Assembly (NCBI GenBank): GCA_032718475.1
Contig: JAUCBJ010005619.1
Span: 1-50,851, forward strand
From: Nemertoderma westbladi
Lineage: Eukaryota > Animalia > Xenacoelomorpha
DNA length: 50,851 nucleotides
Reading direction: 5' to 3'
The position numbers and the translations under genes were made by a program. Within the stretch, counting starts at the first letter, position 1. Each line of letters begins with the position of its first letter. The notes below the pieces were generated by a model. It did not search any database. It was not told the DNA's origin and saw nothing but the letters and a program-made list of their open reading frames with translations. Of this stretch, positions 11,023 through 23,359 are shown one piece after another.

Positions 11023-12105
11023 TAAACTAAAACTAAAACAATACAACTCTTAGTAAGTATGAATAGGGCTGGGCCTAAGTTGGTGAACCGGTGGAGCTTT
11101 CGAGCTAAATGGTGTAGTGATTTGTTTCTAAATGGGAGGTTCCATGTTCAATCCCTGCAGAGTAAGTTGCATTTTCGCAACATTATCAATATTGAATGAG
11201 AGAATCATTTAGACTCATTAAGCCAAGGAATGCCTGTTCACCACAATGGGTGATCTTCCACAGTTAAACCCTTCCACTCTGCTTCCTAAAGGAATGCTGG
11301 TTCTCCACCATGGTTGACCATAACACAGTAAACCCTTCCATATTGTTTCCTAAATGAATGCCTGTTCATGTTCACCACCATGGGTGATCTTCCACAATAA
11401 ACCCTTCCACTCTGTTTCCTAAAGGAATCTCTGTTCACCACCGTGTGTGATCTTCCACAGTAAACCCTTCCACTCTGTTTCCTAAAGGAATACCTGATCA
11501 CCACCATAGGTGATCTTCCACAGTAAACCCTTACACTATGCTTCCTAAAGGAATGCCTGTTCATCACCATTGGTGATCTTCCATAGTAAACCCTTCCACT
11601 CCGTTTCCTAAAGGAATGCCTGTTCACCACCAGGGGTGATCTTCCACAGTAAACCCTTCCACTCTGTTTCCTAAAGGAATGCCTGTTCACCACCATGGGT
11701 GATCTTCCACAGTAAACCCTTCCATTCTGTTTCCTAAAGGAATGCATGTTCACCACCATGGGTGATCTTCCACAGTAAATTTCATGTGACTGCATACGTA
11801 CCAAAAGTTTGGTTTTACTTCACCAAGGATTGACGGACTTATTTCCGTTTTCATCAAAAGACTGACACTACCGGTACCGACAGACAGACTGTCTGAATTT
11901 TTACCAAACTTGTCATTCATACTAACCTTTTGACGGAATACATACGTACCAGTTTTGGTTTAATTTCATCAAGGAATGAACTAGCTACTGTACATGCGAT
12001 CAAAAATTAGACGGAGGGCAAACGACGACGACGGACAACTCGCTAATGGTAGGCCTAACGCTATGCTCAGGCTGCGCTCACTTCATGGCTCGCCCCACAA
12101 CTACT
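11023..12105. mobile_element. Possible Helitron/Helentron-like non-autonomous element in the SDR intron, with a tRNA-like SINE head and a minisatellite
   Basis: GACAGACAGAC and GACGACGACGGAC microsatellites; end GCTGCGCTCACTTCATGGCTCGCCCC resembles 48788-48820; box-B-like GTTCAATCCC at ~11146. Confidence 0.35.
11226..11779. repeat. 63-bp minisatellite, ~9 copies
   Basis: Unit AAGGAATGCCTGTTCACCACCATGGGTGATCTTCCACAGTAAACCCTTCCACTCTGTTTCCTA. Confidence 0.95.
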
Positions 12106-12332
12106 GAGTTCTGAATTTTTATAAGTTAGGCCTAATGATACTGACACTTAGGCCCTAGGCCCTATTCTATAATATTTTTATGTTATGTGTTAAAGGGCCA
12201 TACTCGAAAATATTTCTCACGTCTTGTTAGTATGACCACTGCATTCAGAGTACTGTATGGTGCTATACAGCATAGTAGTACTGTATAATAATTTATAATA
12301 ATGAACTGATTTATCGGCTGTATTTGTTTCAG

Positions 12333-12584
12333 GGTGTGTTAAATTGTGTAGCAGCTGTACTCCCATCCATGTTAGAGCGGGATAAAGGCCACATATTGAA
12401 CATTTCTTCAGATATTGGTAGAAAAGGTTTCCCTGGACTTTCGGTGTATTCGGGTACAAAGTTTTTTGTTGAAGGCTTCAGTCAAGGGTTGAGAGGCGAG
12501 TTGGTCGGTACTGGAGTCAGACTCACCAACATACAACCGGGGGATGTAAAAACTGAAATATATGATCATACTACAGATACACAG
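12333..12584 (+). CDS. SDR oxidoreductase exon (catalytic Ser and YxxxK)
   Basis: TTTCAG acceptor, GVLNC...NISSDIGRKGFPGLSVYSGTK...IQPGDVKT, CAG/GTGAGT donor; 252 bp, phase 0. Confidence 0.9.
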
Positions 12585-13125
12585 GTGAGTTTCTTACCGG
12601 GGTACGTTAGGCGTTTGGGTGTAGAGTGTAAAAAATTTATGGCTTTTTTATAAATAAATTACTGCGACAAGATGGGATGGTGCGGTATGAAGACATTGTT
12701 CACCGTTAATATAAAATTGATCCAAACTTGAGTAACAAATCCCCCCCCCCACCCCCCTCTTACAACTTAAGCATTTGCCCAGGGGCCCAGGCTCCACTAG
12801 CCCCGCTATTGCCTGTGCTTTTGCATATTATATAAATATATACAGTATTTATCCTTATACTGTATGTGCAATCTATTAGTTGTGAGAGAAAGAAATAAAT
12901 TGAATTGAAAACTGGGTAAAATTGGAGTGTAAACTCTACGCCGACAACCGAGAATCACTGCCGATAACAATAAATATGCCACTGTGATACAGGAATGTAA
13001 CTGAATTGTTCAATGCCAGTAGGCCTAACGATAAGACTGGTAAGACCAGTTACAACATATACTGGAATTTTTATTCTATCAAATAACTTCCGAGATTTTA
13101 AGTTATTTTCTCTTGGATTAAATAG

Positions 13126-13269
13126 GCGAGAGATAAATACGATGGTAGTTGTGCGGGTCACGAGATACTGATACCAAGTGATGTAGCTGAGGCGGCATTA
13201 TATGCACTAACGACGCCCTCTCGCGTCGGAGTTCACGAAATACTTATACAACCAAAGGATGCACCATAG
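13126..13269 (+). CDS. SDR oxidoreductase terminal exon
   Basis: ATAG acceptor; ARDKYDGSCAGHEILIPSDVAEAALYALTTPSRVGVHEILIQPKDAP-stop, a typical SDR C-terminus, in phase with the previous exon. Confidence 0.85.
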   Translation, partial: ARDKYDGSCAGHEILIPSDVAEAALYALTTPSRVGVHEILIQPKDAP

Positions 13270-15092
13270 CGACTTCAAGTGGCGTTACTCGTCATAGAAA
13301 TAATGGGACTATGGTAACATTTTGTAAATACTGTAGTTATCATTTGCTGGAGGACTATGTATGTAGTATATAGTATTATCTACTATATAAGTAATAGTTC
13401 TGAATTTTACTTTTATTGTAGGTTAATTAGACTATATTAATATATACAGTACTGTATAATAATTTTAGACTCCAATTGATCCCATTCGATGAAAGTTAAC
13501 ATGGATTCGGGTACAGAAATCTCTGTTAGATGCGATTTATTATTTGTTATAGATTAAATATTTATTCCGGTAAATAATGTTTATAGAGGGGACTTTCGAC
13601 GCGTTCAAAATTCATCCACGCAGTATTAAAAGCGAACTATTTTTCGGAAAAATTCTTGAAAAAGGTTACTTTAACCGAATTTGTTAAAGCTTTTGCGACT
13701 AAAATTCACATGTTACTAGCAATTCGCTGTTCTACTCCGAATCAATAGAAAGTAACAAGTATTTCGACAGATTTCCCCAGAACTAACCAACCATACTCCC
13801 TGAAGTATTCGGTAACCGTAGTTAAAGTTATGAACGGCCAATAGAAATTATCTTTGAACAGCCAATCGAGCTGTTTTTCATTTTCCCAGCTCACGGCCAG
13901 CTCTAGTAAACAATGCGGTATCCTAAGCATTTGATTGGAAGTTGCTAAGTAGATCGCCATGATTCGTGGTTCCAAGAATTCTTTACATTCGATTGCTGGG
14001 CGTGTTTAATGCCGCTGTGTGACATTTTCTTAGTTCAGTATTCATCTTTAGCAGCTAGCTAGAGGGCGTGATTTTGCCTTTTAACATCATATGGCTTAGA
14101 ATACTGAGTATTATAGTAAATAACCGTATGTTGCACATTGTAACGCACAGCTGATATATACTCAAATAACTGAATTGCACTGATTTATTGCTGTAACTGT
14201 TAATTGTTGTTGTTTTTGATGGATAACTATTGTATATTTGGTAATGATATGGAGATGCTGCAACATTAATACCTCAACTTCCAACTTGTTTATATTTATA
14301 TTTAATGGGGTAAGCTTTGGGGTGGTAAATTAGCAGTCTCGGTTCACAATCCATTGGAATGTATGAGAACATACTGTATGCTATCATATAGCCTCAACGT
14401 GTGTGAGCCTGTCTACTCCTTATTCATGAACAAATTGCCTGAAGTCCGTCTTCAAAGTGTATTTCAGTTGGGTCCATAATACCACACCCCTAAAAGGTGT
14501 GACAAACTATGATTCTTATTAATTTAATTCAATTAATTCAATTCAATTCAATTCAATTAATTAACTTTAATACATATAATTTTTTGTTATCTAGAACACA
14601 ACACCTAAAACGGAAATGTTAAAACTTACCCCTTAAGTGAACCTAATTGTTAGGAATTATACAGCGAGAATTAATCGAATGATACATAACCAGCCCAATT
14701 CTAGTAAGCCGATATATTTCAGGCTCCCTAACGGGTCGTACGCTGCACTAGCTGATTTATATCGGGTGTTAACTCGTTTGGCAGACTTAAGCGAGATTTC
14801 TGTGATAATAAAATTTGACGGTCTAAAAGCACGAACAGAATTTCTGGATAATTTGTGGAAATAAGGTCTTATTTAAACAAATTTTCTGGAAATTAGGGAA
14901 AATTTTAAATTAATCAAATTACGTATCAGATAGTCTATACAAATCGGTTGCAGGCCTACTCTGTTTGTGAAAATTATAACAGTTAGCACATTATAGGTAG
15001 TTCCGTGCCCAGGTCACTGTTCTGATCATATTGTCAATATAGGTGGGGTGAAGACCAATACTAGTGACATATAAAATAAAATAATTAAGTTT

Positions 15093-15131
15093 GTTGCGAT
15101 ATTTCGGCCAACAGGCTATTATTCAAGCAAC
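15093..15131 (-). ncRNA. Degenerate minimal type I hammerhead ribozyme-like motif
   Basis: Minus strand GTTGC-TTGAATAA-TAGCC-TGTT-GGCC-GAAA-TATC-GCAAC, downstream of a Penelope endonuclease relic. Confidence 0.5.
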
Positions 15132-15285
15132 TAGATTGTACTAACACACTACTAAAACTATACGCACTACTTCCTATGAACTACTGCTACTGCTATACTG
15201 ATTATTGCACCAATTGGTATACTGTAGGTATTCAGGTGGCACGGCCTATTATTAACACAAATTTAAAAGCACAATAATTATTTAT

Positions 15286-15625
15286 TTACCAACCTGTGTC
15301 GAACTCGTCCTTGTACTGAATATTCATGGAGGGACTTTCGCGAATAATTAGCGTTTTCTCAGTTAACTTACGGTGTACCCAGTCTTTACAATGTTTACGG
15401 ATGCGGATTTTAAAGGGGTGAGGGGTGTTGGTGTCGTGTGGGTGCTTATCTTTGAAATGTTGACCTACTGTGCTGTTCTTGAATTTATTTTTATTACGTA
15501 TGGAGTTGCGGTGTTTTGCTATTCGTTCTCTCACTGCGGTCCTACCGTCTCACCAATATAATCTTCTTTACATTTATTGCATTCTATGTGGTAAACTACG
15601 TTTTTGGCTGTACATGTCTTGATGC
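15286..15625 (-). pseudogene. Penelope-like element GIY-YIG endonuclease fragment
   Basis: CTAKNVVYHIECNKCKEDYIGET then ERIAKHRNSIRN...VGQHF...RKLTEKTLI...PSMN. Confidence 0.85.
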
Positions 15626-16462
15626 CGTGATGGACTGCAGTTCTAGAATTGAGAAGCTATAGTAATTGTTCCAGTAGTTGAAGAAGTATCTTAGTAGTAT
15701 AGGCTTTGGCGGCTCGGCGACAGTTGGACCCCACTGACTGGCGCCAGACTGTCTGGGTGACACCGAATGTCACCCTATGGGTGTCATTGGGTGTCATTGG
15801 CGCCAGACTGTCTGGGTGAAACCTCCTAATTAGGCTAATTAGACCCTAATTGACAGGTGTCATCAATGAATTACTACAATTAAACCCTAATAGGTGTCTT
15901 GCAACTCCTAATTAGGGTTTAATTGATTATCCTAATTAATCAATCCGATACGCAATGGTGTCAGTGAGGTCCAACGGTCGCCTAGAGGCCCAAGAGGGTG
16001 TCATAAGTGACACCACGGCTCTTTTATTTATTAATACTTAATTATTTGTATTTAATTTTACTTTATTTGTATTTAATTTTACTTTATTTGTATTTAATTT
16101 GAAATTAATTATTTATTTGTACTTTATTTTAAATTAATTAATTGTATTACTTTTACTTTATACATTGATTTCTATTTTTAGAATTATCAATAATTAGTTT
16201 TTATATTACTTACCATTGCTAAATGACATCACTATGACATAATGTCTATATTTAGATCGATGGTTTATAGATCCCATACCGTTAACTTTATAATCTTTCC
16301 TCTCGCGACCCCCTTTGTCTTCGTTATTCAATGGCGCCACTCTGGCTACCATTGAATAACATTGGGCAAACATTATCTCGCCTCGTATGACGTCATAAAA
16401 GCTGCTCTCTGATTGGTTTAATTATACATTCTTTTATCACTCCTATCCCACGATTGGCTATC

Positions 16463-16513
16463 CCATTCTATCCCCACTATAATAGCCACCCGTTCACTGC
16501 ATTCCCATTCATT
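16463..16513 (+). promoter_or_regulatory. TATA-containing promoter-like motif, with an inverted copy at 21808-21857
   Basis: CCATTCTATCCCCACTATAATAGCCACCCGTTCACTGCATTCCCATTCATT; TGACGTCA and ATTGG boxes just upstream. Confidence 0.45.
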
Positions 16514-17282
16514 ATCTTATTGTTTTCCTGAAAAGTTTTAGTTATTTTCTTAAAAGTATTTATTTATTTTTATTTCCTAAACGAGTTACCGGTACACATT
16601 TCTGATGGCACATTCAGAAATCAGCTATTCAAACAACGATTTGGTTTTTATTTACAACCCTAATTGTTCTACTGTATTATAATTTATGTTTTATAATAAC
16701 AAGCTATATCCGGTTAATCTGTATTAATTTTCTTTGTACTGAGGTTATCGAGGGCGCTGTTTCCAATGGCCCTATTCTCAAAACGATCTAACCTACTGTA
16801 TAATTAATTACTTAAGACTGCGAGGTATGCGTAATTAACAAATCTCGTTTACCAGTTTTCCTTAAAAACTATGAAGCCATATTGCTTAAGAGTTCTGCTG
16901 GGCGAGCCATGAGGCAAGATGTTGAGACTTATTAAGATATATTATTACTTAATTTGACCCCCCAATCGGCATCTACTACGGCATAGGCTATATCTTTTGC
17001 AGAGTCACAGAGTAGTCTGAAGTTCCCCAGTCTACCGCTAGAGGGTGAAATATCTCAAAGTGAAAACCATATAGTAGCCATGAATTTGTTACTAGGCAAT
17101 AATACTGCATTTTGCAAAGTTAGGCCTATTGCTGACCGAACGAAAATTGCCCTGGTTCATGCGGGGATCGAACTCATGACATACGGGAGATGTGAATTCA
17201 ATGCAACCACTACACCAAGGTGGAACAGTAACCTTCGAATTTGTTCGTTGCCGTTCGAATTTGTAAGACTCTCATTTAAGAC

Positions 17283-17508
17283 CTGACACAGACTATGCCT
17301 CACTGAGGCACTGAGGCACAGACTATGCCTCACTGAGGCGCAGACCATGCCTCACTGAGGCACAGAATATGCATCACTGAGGCATAGACTATGCCTCACT
17401 GAGGCATAGACTATGCCTCACTGAGGCATAGACTATGCCTCACTGTGGCACAGACTATGCATCACTGAGGCACTGAGGCACAGACTATGCCTCACTGAGG
17501 CACAGACT
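17283..17508. repeat. 22-bp quasi-palindromic minisatellite (~10 copies)
   Basis: Unit CACTGAGGCACAGACTATGCCT. Confidence 0.9.
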
Positions 17509-18329
17509 GCCCGGGTTGAGAATCTTATCATATTAGTAAAGTACTACCTAATGGCAAGGTACTGGCATGATAATTTTACTAAATTTTTACAATTACCACA
17601 TTTTGCATTATTTGTTAAGGAATTAAAAAATACTTGCCAAGTACAGTATAGATTTTAAGAAATATTTGGGTGGGCACTTATCATGCAATGCACTTAACAA
17701 ATTCTTAACAAATTGTGTATACCTAGAACATACTTTCGGTGACTTTATAACTTGACAAAAATTTAATAAGAACTTTAGTGGTGCTTGACAGCATTGCAAT
17801 AAAAATCAGTCACATGATTCATCGCCAATAAATGACTCATTCAGTCATTTTGTGGTCAGTAGGCCTACTGCAGAGTTGCGTTTATTGTGTTTTCTTTATT
17901 TACGTTTAATTGTTTAATGAGTTTTGCTTACTTTAATAAATAGTGTATAACGTTTTGTTACTTTAATTTATACTGGTAGTTTTATTGCTGTTTGTTTACT
18001 TCAATTCAATTGTTTATTGTATTTTGTACTCTTTAATTCCGTAATTCTTTATAGAGTTTTGTAATCTTTAATTGTTTAGTGCCTTTTGTGTACTTGTTTT
18101 GTTTATTGTTTATTTGTTTTGTTTGTACTGTCTATATCGTTAATGAAATATTTATGGTTTGCCTAATTGTCTGATTGTTGCTAATTGACAATTTAATTGA
18201 ATTAATGCCTCATTGATACAATTAAAATTCAAATTATTGAATGTTTGTGAAATTTGATTAATAACAATTGAATTTGGAAGAATTGGAATTTAAAAAAGGC
18301 CTCATAAACCAAAGACATAAATTATAATG

Positions 18330-18960
18330 AACTCCGTCATGTTGTTGGGGATCTGACCTCTCTAGCATTTGGACCACGAAACGTGACAGTCGGAACCCAT
18401 AGTCAGAGCCAGCCTGAATTAAGTGGAGGGAGAAGCAGGACTTTGGTGTAATGTAGGAGTTCCAGGGGCATTCAATCCACAGACTGGACTCAGACTCAGG
18501 CGTTGTTAGATATCGGGGTCGTAAACCTTGACGCGCGCATATGCGGGACGCCCCCCGATGAGGGTCCTAGAATCTGCGGAGGACGTTAAAACCGCACTAT
18601 ATGTGGAACCAGCGAGACAGAGGAGACCGGACTTTGCACCCTTCGTAGTCTCTTGCGATGGAGTTCTGGCACCGCAGGCCAACAAGCTCCTGAGGATCTT
18701 CGCTGATAGGTTACACCACAACTGGGACAGACCTTATAGCACCGTCATGGAGTGGGTTCGCCGCCGTGTGCAGTTCGCCATAGTTCGAGGGGCTTCTCAT
18801 TTCATCAGGGGGTCGAGGCTAAAGTGGCACAGTGGTCACGGACACGGACACGGTCACGGACACGTGACACGGAGGATGGAGCTGAATTGCCGATCACTCC
18901 ACTCGTCTGACTCTGTAAACTGAATCTGTAAACTATGTAATGTGTTGTGCTTTCTCTTAT
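18330..18960 (+). pseudogene. 5'-truncated RLE-type (CRE-like) non-LTR retrotransposon 3' end, a second family
   Basis: LLDIGVVNLDA, FAPFVVSCDGVLAPQANKLL, WDRPYSTVMEWVRRRVQFAIVRG...IRGSR. Confidence 0.8.
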
Positions 18961-20296
18961 TTGTATCTGTGCTAGTCTTTTTGGAATTATAGTTACTATG
19001 TAGGTTCTTGTAAAACTCTCAGAGTATAATATTAATTGTAATTTCTGCTTTATATTATATAATTGGAAAAGCCGTTTAATTGTACTAAACGGGGGTCTGG
19101 GGTTTGGGGGCGGCAGCTCCCAATAAAAAATAATAAAATGAAGATAAAAAGTAGGCCTACTTAACAAAAATTTTCCCTGATTTTTTATTCTGTTTTTTTT
19201 TCCAGACATTTTCCCAAGGAAACCGTCTTTTCTCACAGACACCGGGTAGTACCGGTAACGAAATTGTAAAAAAAATTCCCTAAAATTCAACTGGACCACC
19301 ACAATGAACCGCTAGTTATCCTGCATCTAATCTCAATAATAACCTTATATCTATATTGTAACGATACCAGTACTATGGTAGCCCTAGCACTTCATTATTT
19401 GGAATTTCTTGTATTAATGATTTTGAACATGTCTAAAATCATTTTTAATGTTTCTGTGTATGTATTTCTAATTTTAATTTATTCATTGAACCACTATTTT
19501 CATTGGGAAAAGTTAGCCCTAATGTTCAAAATACAATTGCTGCAATCCATATAGTTATAATATAATATGATGATGTTATTGGTAACTTTATATGATGGGT
19601 GATAAATTTTCTATTTTATTTCGTGCTCAAGTCGTAATCTACTGTAGCGCTTGGTAAGATTACAAATTTAAATTAAATAGTTTTATTGCATAAACAGAAA
19701 TGAGGAATACCATTTTTGAACTTTTTGGATAAATTTTTCCGACGTAACTGTGTTTTAGTGTAGACCTACAGTATTTACGCGTTTAGATCTGATGTGTATA
19801 TATATCTATGTAACGTAGAGTAATAATATGTTTGTTGATATGTTGTTTATATTAAAAACATTAAGAGTCTCTGTATTAATTTGTTTACATATGTCATGGG
19901 GGGGGGGGGGGGGGGGGGTGTGCAACTAAGAGTATCAAACCAAACACATTTGCATACATCACTCACTATGATGTTCCATGTGTTGTTTCTCTTGTCTGAT
20001 GGGGTCATCATTTACTTTCATTCGAAAGCTAACCGCCAATCTTCCTACAACATTTATTTTTCAAAAATAGTTATTACTTAAAAAAATTAGCGACGCAGGT
20101 TCGAACTAGTGCCAGGAATATATAAATTGCAGATATATGCTAGATTTGTAATGCGCATGTTATTAGTTCATTACACTTGCAAAGTGCTTGCATATATCAT
20201 CGGTTACATATAAAGCACGTTTATATATCCTGTAATACTTGTCAGTCACATAGCAACAACTTAATAAACATTATAAACTTGCAATGAAATTTTTTG

Positions 20297-20363
20297 CACT
20301 GAGGCACAGACTATGCGTTACTGAGGCACAGACTATGCCTCATTGAGGCACAGACTATGCCTC
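20297..20363. repeat. Second array of the 22-bp minisatellite (3 copies)
   Basis: ACTGAGGCACAGACTATGC repeated, same orientation as 17283-17508. Confidence 0.9.
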
Positions 20364-20695
20364 TTGGGAGTTAATGTGCTGTATTATGAGTAAAGGTCAA
20401 GAGATTAGACTTCAGGTTGCCTCTATTGGTTCACTCTTCCTAACTTTATAAATTTTCTCAACCCTTATTTAAAGTGTTAAAAATTATGACTTAGTCGACT
20501 AATTTTCCAAAATTTTATTTATTTTTATTATTTTTATTTATTTATTATTTATTTTATAAAAACGTATAATTTCTTGAATAAATAAAGTAAGTGGGTATAT
20601 TGTAGGGTAAATACATTTATAATACTAATATAATTATTATGGATAAATAGTCCTAATACTAATATAATTGTTGTTGATAAATAGCCCTAATACTA

Positions 20696-21694
20696 TTATG
20701 AAAGGAACTCAAACAAACAAATGTCAATAGTGTCCTCCTGCGCGGGCATATACTGAACGAGAGTTTTTTTTATCATAGGTCTTCGAAAATAAGTAAAAGC
20801 TGGTTGATTTACTTTACTTTCATCTTCCTCATTACCCAACTGTTTCTTAATTTTATTCAATTGTTCATTAATTTTCAGTAATTTACTTTTATTTCCCAGA
20901 ACCTGTCTTAATATCTCTTCTCTATTTTCCTCATTTTCTTCCATTTGTTTAATAAATTTCCTCATTTGATTTTTGTTTCCTAATATTTGTCTCAATATCT
21001 CTTCTTTATTTTCATCATTCTCTTCTAAATGTTTAATAAATGTCTGTAATTTAATTTTACTTCCTAGAACTTGGGTCAATGTCGCCTCTTTATTTTCTTC
21101 ATTTCCTTCAAATGTTTAATAATTTTCCACAATTTATTCTTATTTCCAAGTAATTGTCTCTTTATTTCCTCATGATCATCATTTTATCCTCTTCTTCACC
21201 TTCCTGATCTTCACTTTCTTCACCCTCTTTCTGATCTTCACTTTCTTCATTCTCTTCCTGACCTTCGCTATCTTCACCCTCTTCTTGACCTTCACTTTCT
21301 TCATCCTCTTCCTGGCCTTCACTTTCTTCGTTCTCAACTTCACTCTCTTCAACTTCATCCTGACCCGCACTATTTTCATTCTGCATCTCATCGTCCTCTT
21401 CTTCTTCATCTTTCTCACTCAAATTTTCCTCATTTTCTAGGGTAACTGTTTTTGTATCCCTTTCAAAAAATATTCATAACTTTATGAAATATATTTTCCA
21501 TTGTCTGTTTTATCTTTAATATATCACGCTCATCTCTCTTTTTCTTTTCATCTTCACTAAAAATATCTTCGGATTTTTTAAATTTTTTTGGTAACGGATC
21601 CATAAGTTTTTCCTTTCTGTGTTTCCATATGACGAGATAGATTGTCTTGTCTCATTTCGTTATTACAAACCAAACAACTTTCATGTCTATGCAT
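20696..21694 (-). pseudogene. Disrupted gene inside the Polinton: C2H2-like zinc finger, Glu-rich tract and repeated coiled-coil
   Basis: ATG at 21694 gives MHRHESCLVCNNEMRQDNLSRHMETQ; then stops/frameshifts, the acidic ORF 21162-21422 and EEILRQ(I/V)LGNK repeats in 20696-21079. Confidence 0.6.
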
Positions 21695-23359
21695 TATATA
21701 GCAATGGCAATTGATAGTATTGAATTTTAGCTAAATGATTTTACAAAATTTTAAATAAATAAAACTTTTATGAAAATAAATAAAACTTTTTAAAATATAA
21801 ATTAGAGAATGAATGGGAATGCGGTGAATGGGGGCTATTATAGAGGGGATAGAATGGAGTTGTGAAAGAAGAATAATCTATTCATCATATTATTAAATAT
21901 AAACGCGATAAACAATGATAAACACTTGAAAGATAATTATTAGTTGTTTTGTGTTGAATATTTCAAGACACCACACATCATAAAGTCCTAACTCATTATT
22001 CATTCTTTGGGATGTGAAAGGATAATGAATTATATCATAATAGGCCAAAATATTTAATCATTTGTTTCAAAAATATCAATATTTATTTAGTTTCAACAAT
22101 GTCAAGAGAATCAAAATATTTATATTAAAATTTAAGTAACATTACAGAACATAGTTTTTCTAATGTTTATTATAGTGTTATTGATTGTTTGAAAATCAAG
22201 ATGTTTGTGACGAGATCCCGACTGGGTTAGAAATGTACGCGTCACCGTGGCTGGGCAGTCGTGCTAGTTGCTTTGGCCGAAAGCCGTTGGGGAAAACAGT
22301 AAGAGTTTCTGTTGTTTCTCAATGTTGATAATGCAGATGATAATAGCACAGTAAATAAAGATAGTATGATACCAGAAAAATGCACAGACTGACTGCTGAT
22401 GTTATTGGCGGTGACGGTCATTAACAATGACCGGTCTGCACTGACTGAATAACTCAATTGACCGGTAAATCAGTAATGTAAGATAATATATGATTAACAC
22501 ACATTAAATATTGGTTTCACCTCCTACTGTACTTTGGCCCTCTGTACCCAATGGATGCTTTCCTGTTCCTAATCACGTGCTTCCCTCCCCACTATTGGCT
22601 AATATGTTAATTGTCACTTTGACACTCCCCGTGAGTGTTTCCCCCCGCTGCTAGCCTCTACTAGCTGTATTCCCTCCGAGGTGGTTTGACCTCTCACCTC
22701 TCTCTGTGGCTTTGGGACTTGTGTCGCCCCCCCCCCCCCCCCCCCCAATGTTGGTTATGAGACGAGATTAATATTGGTAATCTCGTATCCCCAACATATT
22801 GCTAAAATGCAACTGCTCCCATTTTATGGTGGGTAATGAAGTGGAATTGATTCCGCTTACAATGTTGAGAATAAATTTAAATTACATTATTTGAACGTTA
22901 CAAATTGGTTGGTAAATTATTTCAACGTTTCAAATTGGTTAGAAACTGAATTGGGAGGTGGGGGGGTGTACACACCAAATTTTATACTACAAAGTTTTTG
23001 CTAATTTCATTTGTGAAAATGTTCTCAAACATAAAATATATTAAATTAAAATATATTATAACGTCCTATATTTTTCGTTTTCAAAATAAAATAGAGAATC
23101 TTTAAAAAAATTGTATCTTCTTTAAACAATAGAACATTTCTGCATTTCCAATCGCTAATTTCTCAGGCTACCAAAGGGGGTCAGAACCTTGATGCGTATA
23201 TAAGACAATGATTGCTTGTATTTATGGATATATGTTACCACTATATAATTTCTGCTGACTGGAATTATTTATTTCAGAAACACATTGTCATCTATATTGT
23301 GATATATGGTTGATTAAAAAGCAATAAACGCAATAAATAGAATGCTGTACCAGCTTGAC

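Noticed and set aside
11286-11804. 172-aa repetitive ORF
   Set aside because: Artefact of a 63-bp (21-codon) minisatellite
14637-14864. 75-aa ORF with protein-like composition
   Set aside because: GTG start, no recognisable motif and no splice support
17283-17508. CRISPR-like palindromic repeats
   Set aside because: No unique spacers, no cas genes, eukaryotic context
21179-21418. Lys/Arg-rich histone H1- or protamine-like ORF
   Set aside because: Alternative frame of the GAA-rich acidic tract
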